Program-made: the position numbers and the translations under genes | Assembly (NCBI GenBank): GCA_040954595.2 | Contig: CM082579.2 | Coordinates: 5,941,625-6,005,624, forward strand | DNA from: Balanoglossus misakiensis | Lineage: Eukaryota > Animalia > Hemichordata | Direction: 5' to 3' | DNA length: 64,000 nt | Notes under the pieces: model-generated | Seen by the model: only the letters and a program-made list of their open reading frames with translations | The model's database searches: none | Told to the model about the DNA's origin: nothing | Part shown: positions 22,601-36,100 of the stretch, piece after piece | Layout: every line of letters starts with the position of its first letter | Position numbering within the stretch: position 1 is the stretch's first letter

Positions 22601-25600
22601 CCTTTCACAACTCCATCATGCACTTGAAATTGTCCCGTGTAATTGACTTGTGCGGAAGACTAGATTTGTATGTTTTCCGGGGCCTGGGACCCCATTTCCT
22701 CTCGGTGCATGCGTTCACTATTGTTCAGGTCACTCCCCTTTTACATGCGCAGAATTTCTAAAGCCCCGGCATTTTTTTTGTCTCTCTCTAAAGATGCCAT
22801 TCTCACACTCCCGCTTTTTTCTCCGGCAACTGTGTTGACACAGCCACCTATGTGAGACAGGCACAAACAACTTTTTTTCACCCATTTACTGTGATGACTG
22901 TTCGTACTGCCATTAAACTTCACACTGCCAGATTCTTTTTCTGTGTCGCTGCCGACCAGTTTGTTTCAGAAATGCAGACTCTTGCTCTAAGATGTGGTGG
23001 ATCTTTGGAAACAGGTCGGAACATGAAGGAGAGGCGAAGACAGATTGTGTGAATGTGAAAAAAATGAATGAACAAAGTATAATGAACGTGTTTTCTAGCA
23101 AGTTATCAGCGACGTCTCCCTGCAACTGTCGAGGGGCTAGATTGTGGTAGTCTAGATTTCCAAGCCACCAGAGCTTGTCGCCACGTCCCTGCACAATCTG
23201 TGTTTGTGTTTGGGGCAGTACAATTGGTGACAGAGTTCATGCAATTTCTTTCATGTAGGTCTCTTCACCATAAACACTTGCTGGGGAATGAGAGTCAGTC
23301 GCCGTACACAATCACAAACAGTTCTTTCAATTCAATCGGCCCTTTTGATTGGATATGCAAAGGAAAGATTCCTTCGTGCCTCGATCTCTTTCTGTTTTCT
23401 TTCTTTCTCTTTTTCTTTCTTTCACTCAGGAAGTTATTTTGTCAAGTATGCGGTGTTCACATAAAACAGTGGGCAAATTAGGCCCACTTGTGTCCTCTTG
23501 GTCCATCAATGGGAGCCTTCGCCACTCCACTCAGCCATGACCTAGGGGCAGAAGTCAGCTTGGCTAATACATACACTCTGGCAGTTTATACACTACCAAG
23601 AGACCCTTAACACACACACAGACACATCTCCTGTTCTGTGCATCTCTGTACCTGCGGAATTCTTACCGGACATCCGAAATGCTCCACAAGGGGTATGATT
23701 CAATCAGCCGGTGGTCATTTGTTTTTTAATTTTTTTTTTCTTTTTAAAGTGCCGGCCTCTTCTTGTATTAATTGCTTCCATTTCCCCTAATGAATGTGCT
23801 TAATTACTGTGCAGGAAGCTGTGGCTGAATGGAGCACTTATAACACCTTCCTCATTGAGAGGCTGATGCAGCTGATCTTGGCCTCATCTAACTTGCCTTT
23901 GTTTCTCCTGCCTTGATGAGCTTTTGGTCTGGTCCCAGGGGATTTGGACACTTGTGTATGATGATAGTCGCGGTGGGGGTGGGGTGGGGGAGGATGTTCA
24001 AGCAACAGCACAGGTAGAACAAAATGCATCTTCCAGTTTGTCCATATACACACAGTGGCGGTGCTGAAACATGCTTTCTCACCTGCATGCCTACACACAC
24101 ATATACACACGCATGCCTACACTGACTGTGGCTTTGTTGGCAGTTGTTTTTCAAAGCTCACACTGAGTGCTGTTTGCTCTTCAGCTGTGACTGTATGGTG
24201 GAATTTGGACGTGAAATTAGTTTGACAACAGCGACTTGTTCTCGGAATGTTAAAGTTCACTTCTGTCGGTGTTCTGAGCGAAAAGCAAGCAGTCTTTGAT
24301 CAGATACCTTCATGTCAGAAATAGCAGGATTTTGCGTGTTCATTCATCCCCCATTGTCGGTAGATCATCACGCTTAACAAGTTTTGTGGAGTACTTGACT
24401 GTGGTTCATCCATATGTGCGTAAATTGTCTGAATATTCATGCATGTATCAAAGTGTTTGCACCCGAAAAAACAGATTCAAACAAAATAGACGGACGTCTT
24501 TCTTTGGGCAATCTGTTGTCGTCGATCTATCATTTGCATCGCTGCCCTGCCAAGAAACAAAGACGGCTCGTTTCTGAGAGCGGGCACGAGAAAAAGCAGG
24601 TTTTCCGGAGACTAATTGCAAATGTAGAGTGCCATTTGCACTGGAATGGCAAATAGCAGGAATATCTGAAGCCGGGGTGAAAACGAGTCCAATTTTTCCA
24701 GGCAGATGCAAACTGGTTCCCAATTTGACATGTATCTGGGAATTGACATTCTTAGCTGGATTGTTTTGTTTTGTTTGGAATGCGTGGAGTTGTTAGCTGA
24801 ATATTTTACAGGCGAATGGAAATTTGGTGATGTCTTTGTGTTGTATATTGAGGTATTCTAACGTTTTTTACCAGAAGTAAAATCTGACGGAAAAAAACAT
24901 CAACTATTATTGTGACTCCTTTTGTTGTATTTTACTCAAACATCCCTTTCCATAAAAAAAATCACACTGTTTTCCCAGATGAAGAATTCTGTTCAATGAG
25001 TCACCTACCAAAATGTGTCGGTCAAAAATTCAATGGAGATTTTCTCTCCCGTCACGGTCACAAAGATGGAGAAACTAGAGGTTCCCTGCAAAACACTGCA
25101 AAAGAAAGCGTATGCATTACTTGACATGGCAGTCTTAACTTCTAACAGGTTGTAAAATATGCTAAATGGCAAGGCAGCTGAACTTTGGCACCAAAATGAA
25201 GATATTCACAGATACTTGAAAAATTCCGGAAGTCCATAAATTGGCTTAGGCAAAAGTGTGCAGGGAAAAAAAATTCATGGAAGATTTGACACACACGGCT
25301 GTATGGAGGGATTGTGACTTCACTCAAGACCTGTCTGTCTGTCTGTCTGTATGACTATAGGCAGCCTCTAGTTTATCAGAGAACACCATCCTTGCATCAC
25401 CAAGAGTGATGTTTCAGCTGAGACACTCACTCCTCGCCGGAAGAGTGAAGGGGAAAATCCTCCAGGCATCGGGAGAATTTTCCAAATAACGCGGCGATCA
25501 AAGCCACTCGATGCTCTGATTAAAAGCTACTCAACACCCCGATGCCAGACAGTTTTAATGAGATTTAGCGTCTCTCTCTTTTATTTTCATTTTTCGCCCG

Positions 25601-28600
25601 GCGTGGCTAGAGTAGCCGGCATTGTTCCACGGTGAAAGCCTAACACTATTATGAGCTTATAGCAATAAATAGCAGAGAATGTGTGTGAAAACCCCTCTTC
25701 TCCTTCCTCTGTCAATATCCCCTTCCAGTTTTCTTTCACCGCAAAAGCCATCAGGCCTCAACCTCTCAAATGAAGAGAAACGGAGTCTACCATGCATCGG
25801 TACCGACAAATGGACATTTTAGCCGCTTTAGAAGTCTTTATTTGGAAGAGGAAAAAGGGTTTGAGGACATGTGTCCCGTTTTTCTAAAGCGCTAAATGAA
25901 CTCCTCAAAGTCGTCAAGTGTAACACTATTTCCGTTATACGGGTACGGGGGGCTCTTCTGCTTGAGCAGTTTTGCTAAACCGGGACTTTTCACGCCACAA
26001 GAATGGTCCCTTTGAGTTCGGGTGGAGTTATGTTTCACTGGGTTTTTAAAGCCGAATAGCCAATTGGACTGTTAAAAACTTTTGTGGATGCTTTCTCCTC
26101 TGACTGATGGGTGATATTGTATCTGGACGGCAATCTGTCGGCAGATCTCGGAAGGGTGCTGTCAAGCCTCCGGTCCCCTTTGAATGACAATTTAAGTATC
26201 TTATTTCTCAGTTGAAAACTTTAACACCTCTATTTGGGTGATTTTTATCCAGGAAAGGGGGGGGGGGGAAGATCTGAGTGAAAAGAAATCTTTGGTTTAG
26301 AAAATTCTTGATCAACATGACCAGAGTTGTATATATGTACCTATAGTTAGTAGATTGGATATGTGGGTGATTGGATTGGCGTATGTTGCTCACTAAGTCA
26401 GTGTGTGTCTGGACATGTGTCATGCTTTCGCTGTCTGACCAGAAAGAGATACCGTAGTGTCACTGATGCAGAAAGCCAGACATAAGACACCGACATAAGA
26501 ACTGTGGGTTGAAGAAGATCCACAACATCTGACAAGGTGGACCTAGCCTAATTCCCAAACTATTTAAATCTCGTTAACTTTTTTTCTAAAACCCCACCTT
26601 GTCATAAAACTTCAAAAGTTGACTGAGTTGATGTCAGGTCGCGACCTCGTCTCCAGTCGCTGACAGAGTCAAGGTGTACCAAACGTGTCCCCGACTGGCT
26701 TGTCACACTACAACTTACAAGGCCAGCACTGTTTTGCTGGGTCCTGTATTTGCTTTCATTTCACCAGCTCTTCAAAATCCCATCAATTATTCCGCAGTCG
26801 GGACAAGAGGTGTGTTCTCCCTTAACGGTATATCCTGTGTATTGTTGCGCAGGTCAGTCGAGTAAACACCTGACTCTTGTATATATTTCTTTCAATTTTT
26901 TTTTCTCTCCAGTAAACCACGGTTCATGTTTCAACTGCTTTCCATCTCCAAATTAGTGAATGAAATTCAGTGTTCTTGGTTCATAGGGGAATTCAAAGAT
27001 GTTAAAAGTTTTTTCATGTAAGAAAAAAGGCTGGTGTGTTTGTCCAATGGGAGAATATTGAAGTGGCCTTCCGAACAAGCTCATTGGTGCGTTCAATATA
27101 ATCCGCTGTGACGGCGGGAACGCATTTCGACGGGCGGCGTTTGCGGCCAAACATTTCATGCGACAGTGCAAGTTCAAAAAGGTGTGCGCTTTACGATGGC
27201 AGCCGAGCGGTTGCGGACCGTACAGTTGAAATTACAAATCAGGTAACATGAACACAGGGCTCTCTCATCAGCAGGAAACCCAACCTTCTCCCAGCTGTGG
27301 GTTCTGGACCGTAGCTGCATGAAGATTGTGTTGTTTCACTTATTTCAGTGACTTTGTCAACGTAAGAAAGAAAATGCAGGCATCACAAAGTAGTTTATGA
27401 CTGCTGTGTTGGAGGAAAGTGATTTCGAGGTCAAGGGTCATACCCACCCAAAAATTCGCCAAGGAGGCCATTTTGGTCGCCGGGGGTTGCGACATCTCAT
27501 TGGTCTTAGCGATAGTGTAGTCGGCAGTATGTATCCATGTCTGAAATATTGTCGAATATTAAGTATATTAAAAAGCATATCTGACCTATCTGTTCTGACA
27601 ATAGTTTAACTGAAATGCCAGTATATGCCTTCTAAACTATATTACACTGCTTGAAGATTGTAAATCAACATTGGTTGGAAACGTGTTCGCAGGTTTGCAC
27701 AAGTCTGGGGTGGGGCAGGAGGATATAAATGAAGCACAGTGTTGCCATTGATAATTAAAATTGTGGTGTTTTCAGATAATTTTGGTGAGAGTTTGTCGAC
27801 TTGGGCAATCACGTAAAGGTGTGTTCCCGCGATGCAGCTGTGTAACTTTTTTTCGCGCAGGATGGGAGTGGAAAGTTTAGAAAAGGAAACAAGTGAAATT
27901 TAACTCAAGTCAAGCAGGCACTCGAATGAAAATAATGATGTGACAGGAAGTCATTGAGGTTTGAAGTGTTTGTGAGTTCTTTTTCACACTTTGTACACAC
28001 TTTGATCAAGTGTCTCTATATCTCTGCCGGGTTGACTTTCAAGTGAGAGAAAGTCCGAAACGAAACGCCCCGAATAATGGATTGCCATTGTCAAGGGTGT
28101 TGTGATTTCTGTTTCGGGGAGTCTGATCTTTTTTTATGAGCTCTGTGAAAAAAAAACACTCCCCTCCACCCATCAAAACTTGAGAGCATGATGCTACATA
28201 CCAATGGAACAACTTTATTTTCCCCTTCTATTGACATGACTTTGTAAACCACTCAATTTCTGGATCGATGTATCGAATTACTGGTTGAAAACAACACTTT
28301 TACCCAGCTGTTGCAAAGTTTTGAAGTGGTTTCTTTGTGTTTATCCACAGGATAATGTACTACGTTTTGTGAGGGGATTTTTCCCCCAATTTTCTGGGTG
28401 TCAATGCAGTCGTCGGTTGTGACAACCACCTGTTCAGTTTTGGATATGTTGTTCCAGTACTTAAATGTATGAGTCAAAATATTACCAAAATACATGGAAA
28501 TGACTCCATTATGAAAATGATTTCACTACAGTTTAGTAAATTTGTGGTTCTTTTTGGAGAGGGCAGTGTCATTAAAGCAACAATCAAATGGAGTTTGGTA

Positions 28601-30049
28601 TGGTTGCTGTTTGTTTGTTTTCAGCATGGCATGAGAAATACTCACAGATTTTAACCAGTAGAAAAAAGTCCGCCAGAAACTTGCCAATGGTCATATCTCT
28701 TCCCCAGACCGTGTTTGAAAGAGAGCATATGGACTTGAACGGAAATAGGATGTTGGTGGTAGATATAGAGTAATGATGGTGATATATGGCGAAACAAGTA
28801 CACGTCTCAACATAACGACTCCCCCTACAAACAAAATGTCAGCCTTCTGTTTCATTTCAGCTGTGAGAGTTTGCAGACCTGCTTTTGACATTTGCTGAGA
28901 GGAAGTATTCACTTAAACTGTGTTCTTTTGCCTTTTTTTGTCATGAAGATTGCCTCAATTAAGAAGTCTATTCACTACTGCACATAAACAATCTAATTAG
29001 TAATTAATGAAAATGTATATTTGAATGTAGTTGTACAATATAAATGTGGTATTAACCACTGAAAATATGGCTACTGCTAATTCAGTTTCACATATGCTGA
29101 TGAGAAATATTGATGATGATGGAAAGAATATTTTTACCATTGCTGCACAATTACTCGCACAAAATGACACTTTTCATCTCAACTATCTCCTGGAAAACCT
29201 TGGGGAAAAAATTCCTGGAACTTTGAGTGACTCTAAGCACACTCACCCTGAACTCTTTGCAAGGGAAATATGTCCCTCAGTAAATGCGGCAGCCCCACAG
29301 AGTTTAACCATTAGCTACCAAAATATTTCACAAAGGTATTTTCGGAGCAAAGTAAAAGGGAGATAAACGCTGGCATTGTGGGGGGTTCCCTTTTCAGATG
29401 GCAAGAGACAGGAAAAGCTTTTTACCCAAGGAAAGTTGTTATTTCCTCAAATTCTGTTGACTCAAAGTGTTACCGAGCATTCAGAGTGAAAAGGCGGAAT
29501 TATTATCAAAAGAAACATTGTTGTATTCAAAGAGAGAAAGGCGTTGGCTCAGAGATAAAGAGTAACTGGCAATGATACGGCCAAAGAGTACCGACTTGAT
29601 TGCACCGTGTAACCCGGAGTTTTCTGTGTATGTGTACGTGTGTGCGTATGCCTGTGTTTAACATGCTTTTCAATGATTGCCCGTCGACAATGTCAAAGTG
29701 TTGCATCATTTGTTGGAGGAAGAGTGCAGGTTCTTGCTTTAAGTCTTCTTGTTTCTTCTCCTGTCGGGTCACACAAGTCAACTGCTGTTATAACTGTACC
29801 CCTTCTCAGAGTCTGAATGGCACTTTCTCTCTCTCGCTCTCTTTCTCTTTCTCTGAAGTGTTTATTTCATCTGTGCACACAAAAGCTGACCTTCACCTGC
29901 TTTTGTGAGGCTGACATTTGTCCTTCACGGCGGCAGATCTTTTCACGTGTTAAAATTGATGTCTCCACGCTCACCGGCCTCAAAGCGTGTCGGTCCTGAG
30001 ACTGCCACTGGAAAGGTTTCGTGTGAATCGTGTTTCCAGCTTGGAGTGG

Positions 30050-30050
<1 letters not shown>

Positions 30051-30142
<92 letters not shown>

Positions 30143-30149
30143 CGATGAT
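30051..30149 (+). repeat. (GAT)n microsatellite, ~33 units with one GAC interruption
   Basis: Directly visible. Explains the poly-M, poly-D and poly-I ORFs in the track. Confidence 0.98.
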
Positions 30150-33100
30150 CTGATATTGGAACTGAATTACTGCAATGCAGTAAAAACTCCTGTGATATTC
30201 TCTAAAGGTTTTGATGCCCCACATACCAGGCAGTCACCAAACCTTAACTGTCAAACGTTATTTGTATTAATCAATTTTCAAAATTACAAAACACCAAAAT
30301 GCCAATCTGCTCATCTTCCCAAAAGGGCATCCCTTTTGTCCGGTCTGATAGGCCGAAGTCTGTAATTTCCTGCGTGACAGACGACGAAGTTTGTATCCTC
30401 TGACCTCCCTGGGGCATGTCCTCCAAGATCTAAACACAGTAACAACCGTAAAATGACCAATAAGTCATCATTATTACACCACGTAAATTTGTTTGTGCAG
30501 AATCGCAGCTTCAGTACCTTCTTTGTGCCCGAGATTTCTCAAATTATATACGTGCGGTGATTAATAGGTGTATACCTTTATTTCGCTGTCGTCTTTGGTG
30601 CGCGCGTGTATTGAATTTGGTGGACTCACCTGGAACTGTATTGAGGGATTGCCTCTCTGTGTTTGTTGTGGGTTTTTGAATTGCACTCCACAGTGTGTGG
30701 GAATGTGCACATGGAAAGGTCGGTCATCGGTTTGTGAGGTCTGTCTGTTGAGGGCGCTGTTGTTGAAGTGTTCAAAATCTGTCTGAGGGGGGGGGGGGGG
30801 CAAAGGAAGTGTATGATGGCTGGGTAAATCAGACTTAGGAGTAACATTTAATGAAACCTCCCAAATTCTTGATTTTAGGAGTTGCGAAAATGTGCAAAAG
30901 TCTACTGTTTTCAGATATATATACATGCATGTATATATATATATACATGAATCAATTTCTAAAGGGAGCTGACAATGTTTTGTTTTCACCAGCAAAAATT
31001 GCTCAGAAATTTAAATATTCATTATGGTTGTCTGTTTCCACGGTTTTGCAGGGTCTTGTCCTCATGTGGAGAAGAATTATTATGTCTGAAAGCACTGACA
31101 AAATAAAATAAAATAAACAAGAATTCTCGGAATGCTTTAGAAAATTACTTAACTATAAGTTGTCTCAATGTATTGCTTGGTAATCAAAGTACATGTATAG
31201 TCATTTTCCTCCCCCCTCCCCCAAACTTTTCCTGCTTTTAGGATGATTTATTTTTTTTTCTATGTGGGGGGCACATAATTGGACAAGGGGGGTTGCATGC
31301 CTGCTAAGGAGCCGGCTACTTTAAAATAAACGACCAAACATTGTTTTGTGACCGATCAATTAGCCAGCTACCTACCTGCGCCTGAATGGAAACAAAAGGG
31401 TGTGCCCGTTGTGGTTTAATTACCATGAAATGAGGCCGGTTAATTAACATTCGAGGCCTTAAACTATGCCAATTTAAACATTCTGGTGCATTCAGAGCTG
31501 CTAGGGTGTTTGTTAAGGAGGGTAGTTGTTTAGCTCCCCATCATTCAAACTGATTGTGCAGCATAGGAGAGGAAGGAGGGAAGAAAGACAGAAGATAGCC
31601 AGGCGCAATGGGTCGGGTGTTCAGATATAGCCAGAGGGGGACTGGATTCCTGAAATTGCCAATTAACGAAAATAGGCTGGTGTTTTTTGCGAGGCAAAGG
31701 TCCACTGGAGTTGAACTTGATCACACGAAGCACTGCGCCGCCCTTCATACAGAGATATCCGAAACACTGTTTGAGATTCTGAGTTAAAAATCAGTCCTTA
31801 TAGTCACAACAGTTTACTACCACAGTAAATTTGGTCTGTATGCCATCATATAGCACTTTAACCGCATAGACACACACAATGCTTGTTTTTGGGTGTTTGT
31901 CTTGCAGTATAACACTCTCCTATTTTACTCCACTGCCGTGCTATTTTCTCTAGGCAATAAAATCTCCAGTCACTTTCCGCAGTCTCAGGACACCGTGACC
32001 TCGGTTTGTACTGTCGACTGTTTATTTTCGGTGAACCCACCATAATACTGTCAATAGTAACATTTCATTAACATTTAACTTGGCAAATGTGGTCGTTTCC
32101 ACATTTTTCTGTATTTTGATCATTGATTCTAAGCAAGGATGATTTGTGAGTTGATATAGGGTAAAACATAAAACTTTAGCCGAGAAATTGAGAAGAAATC
32201 CAAAGATGACAGAATTTCCGTGCACCGGGCGATAAAATTGTGTGCGTACGAGGGGTTTCCCAGGTGTTCATCCCACGTGTCGTGATGTAGGCCATGAATG
32301 TATAATAGGAACAACGACTTCACACAGGTTCGGGTTAGATAATGAATGAATAGAGGTCCGGTCCACTTTTCAGGAGGACCTTGATCTCTATGGCGACCCG
32401 ATAGGGAGGTTTCCACCACAGCGGGATACAGTTTCAGTCCTACTGTAGAATGTAAAGAATTTGCACAGATGTGAGTCAACATTGCCAGGGCCTGACAAAC
32501 AAGGTGATAAAAAAAAACGGGGAGGAAAAAAAAACAGGTCAGGAGATCGGAAAGGCATGGAGGGTCAAATCAAAGCGGTGTTACCCGGTGTACAGTGCCG
32601 CGTACCGTACTGTCCAAATTGAGTAATGTTTGCGAATTTAGAAGTATTTTATGTTTATGCAATGACAATGTACAGGTTTGAGTTCAAGATTTTTTTTAAA
32701 GAATTGAATACTTAACATATGTCAGGTAAAAGAAAAATTCACTGTCACAAAAATGTTCGCACACAGACTGTAAAATGTCATGTTTGCTAAAACGTCAAAA
32801 ATGCCCACCAAGAAAAAACGTTATTATGTCATTTACTTAAAATTACATTTTTACAAAACTACACATGTCGATCAACACGTGTTTAAATGTCCCGATCACT
32901 GATTGACAGATGTTTACAATGATACTCTGTCGGTCCCATGCCATGTGCCCCAGTGCAGTGTCACCTTGACTGTTATCAGCCGGGTTATTCAATACACTAA
33001 GTTTACCTAGGACTGGAAAAACAGATCAGTTTGACTACCCCTGATAAGACACCAGCGTGGAGTGCCTTTGGCTGTTGTTTGTATGCCGAGGGGGGTACCT

Positions 33101-36100
33101 AGTTAGGTTTCGATCCATCAATCATCCGTGAAACTTTTGCCGGTTGTCAGAACACCCCCCCCCCCCCTCCTGATATAAATTGATGGATTGCATAATTTAT
33201 GCGACAGGGACTTGACACGCACTGGACCTCAGGTGTTTTATATATTTTTTTTTTGGGGGGGGGGTCAGAAATGGCAAACACTTGACCAGTGTAGCCACTT
33301 GTGGACAGTTTTGCTTTTATCAAGTGATAAGAGATATCTGTCACAGATTTTTTTTTTGCGGTTGAGAATTGCTGTTCCTTCTCAACTTCAAGTGACTTGG
33401 ATTTTGCTTCGAACAGAGATGTAGTCAAGTGTTGGGATACATACCGTATGACACACCAATGCATCTGCAAAGTTTTAATAAATGTATGGATAAAATTAAT
33501 GTTAATGATCATTTCGAAATACACCAATGTTTTAGCAAACTTTTTTCATTTTCCCTAATAGCTCCTGTCTTCTGTTCAGGTTGAATTTTTCATTCTGAGA
33601 ATTATACATTATTTCCACATGGCTTTGAACTCTGGTGTTACCATGGCAAAGGAACCAAAAAACAAAAATCTTATAAACCACAGACCGGAAAATGCTGTGG
33701 GCAGCTCACCGGTCACCTGATGAAATCCTAGGCTAAACTCAAAAAGTACGCCATCTCAGAATAGAATCACGGGCCGATGAACTGTATATGAACTTGCGGT
33801 CACCGCGTCACCTTTCAGAGGTGCATGCCGACCGCATGGACTTAAAAGCATGGAAGTAACTTGTCACTTCCATGGTTTAATGTCTTTGCAAATGATTGAT
33901 CGAAGCTGACAAGGACAAATACCTCCTAAATAGAAAAAAGCTGTTTGTTCAGCAATTTCATTTCAGTGCGGAATCACATTCGCATCCATGTTTAGACAGG
34001 AAAAGGAAGGGGGAGAAAAAAATTCACGTCTGCAAATGAAAAATATTTGATATGCTTGCAGTTGCTGCCATGCAGATGCCCTCTGCACAGATATTTTTTT
34101 TTGTGTGAAGAAGTTGTCATCAGCCGGGCTGTTTGCCTTGCCCCCCGAGCCGCTGCTGGGCAAATTGAAATTGTGTTGAATGAAGTGTATTTCTCATGAC
34201 AATGAGTGGACTCTGCTTCCTGAGAGTTCTCCCGTTTCCAGGCTGACGCCGGCACACCAGGAATTCCCCGTCCACATCTAATATTGATCCATCGCCACCT
34301 TGCCGGCGCGACACCGTCCGGATGTTGATTTTGGAATTCAAACCAAAAACACACCCAAAAAAATTTGCCTTATGGAAGAAAAAATTAAAAATAAAATTAA
34401 AAGTCTGTGTGATTATCGGTCGACTGTTCATTTTGCCTTGAAATTACACTGCCATATAGACATCGCTGTTGCACGGTTTGGAATCATGCCAACATCCTGG
34501 TAATCTCCTAGAACAGAAGTGGGAAGTGATATGAGAAATTAAAAAAAAAAACATTTTGTCTGAAGAAAATTCCTCTTAAAATGATAATACATATATTTAT
34601 ATTGATAAGATTTAAACGTATTTAGAAACTCATGAAAATACTGCACTTGGCTGAAGTCTTGTGTTCAGGAGATTTCTCCATTTCTTTTTTACTTTTTATG
34701 AATTGAGTCTGTGATTTTTATTACCAAACACTGCAAAAAGTAGGGCCTGTCCGCACATGTTGTGTCTGTACGACTTACAAGAGAGCTTAATTGTGATATG
34801 TCCAGAATATATCTCGTTGAGAGAAACAGAGAATGAAATACCGCTTGAGATGAATTAAGCGTAGCTCACTCTAAATAATACGTCTGGGGGCTGGTTACAT
34901 TAATACACACTCTTTTGTTCCTCAACTCGAAGTTGATACTGCTTGTAAAGAAAATCTGCGAACCCATTGTCTGCGGCCACAATGCCGCAGGAAGTCATGA
35001 ATTTCCAGGACTTCTATGGGGGAGAGCTGAGAACTTTATTCTTGTAAAGAGAGCCATCCCGTCTGCATACAATTAGAGGATTTTTGTTTCCTTTTATGAG
35101 CGTCACTTTTGTGGGACCTTGTTGGATTTTTTTTTTTTTTTTTGGAAGAAAGGGGTTTGAGGAGTGTTGTGGTTTGTGAGGCCATTGTTGCACCCATCAT
35201 ATCTTTAGTTTAACGTCCGATTTGAGGACGTCTTTAGCCTTGGTCGGAAGGAAGTGGAGATTTTCAAAATCAGTAAAGCACCCAGACGGTGTTTTGCCAA
35301 TAGGGCTCTACTTTATATACACCGCTGTTTTTCCTACAATTCCTTCAATTAAATTATTTTTAGAATTGGCTATAACTAGATTTTTTCAGCACTTTCTTGT
35401 TTTATTTGTGTTGAAAATTGCCAAGTCAGCAATTTTTCCAACTTTCAAGATGCTGTAGTCTTGCACTGTACCAGGGGAAACGCCTGATATCTATCTTGAA
35501 ATGTATCAGAATTATAAGTTTGTTGATGATAATGAAAGAAGAAAGTCTCAAATTTTACTGATATATTGAAGTTCAGATTCCTGGCTGTGGTGGGTGGGGG
35601 TGGGGGGGAGGGATTGGAGAAGGGAGAGCATTGCTGTCAGGCCGCCTTATTAATAGCTCAATTAACACACAGAGGTGGTCAGTTTGTAATATGTGAATAA
35701 ATTATACAGACTGATAAATTCTGGCAGTTTTCATCAAATACAAAAGAAAGTCTGAATACTATCGCTATAATCTGTGATTCACCCCTCTTACAAATGCTGC
35801 CACTGCCAGTTAAAGAAAGAAAACAACCTCTCACATTGCAGACAGGTTATAGCCTCTTTGAAATCAATGCAGTGTTAAGCCGGTCGTAATCATGATAATT
35901 ACCTGTGCTTGTTGGGTCTGCCTCAAGGGGGAAGGCAATTAGCACAGCTTCTAACATTTTGCAGGCGAAGACAATGGTTTGCGACACGGACCTTCCATTA
36001 CTGTATCAGTGTCTGTGTGTGATGTTTGTCTCTCTCATCTCTTTCTCTCAATTGGCCAATCGATGTGTAGCTGAATTGACACAAACATCCAGTGTCTTGA

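Noticed and set aside
29905-30365. Poly-Met, poly-Asp and poly-Ile ORFs
   Set aside because: Translation artefacts of the (GAT)n microsatellite.
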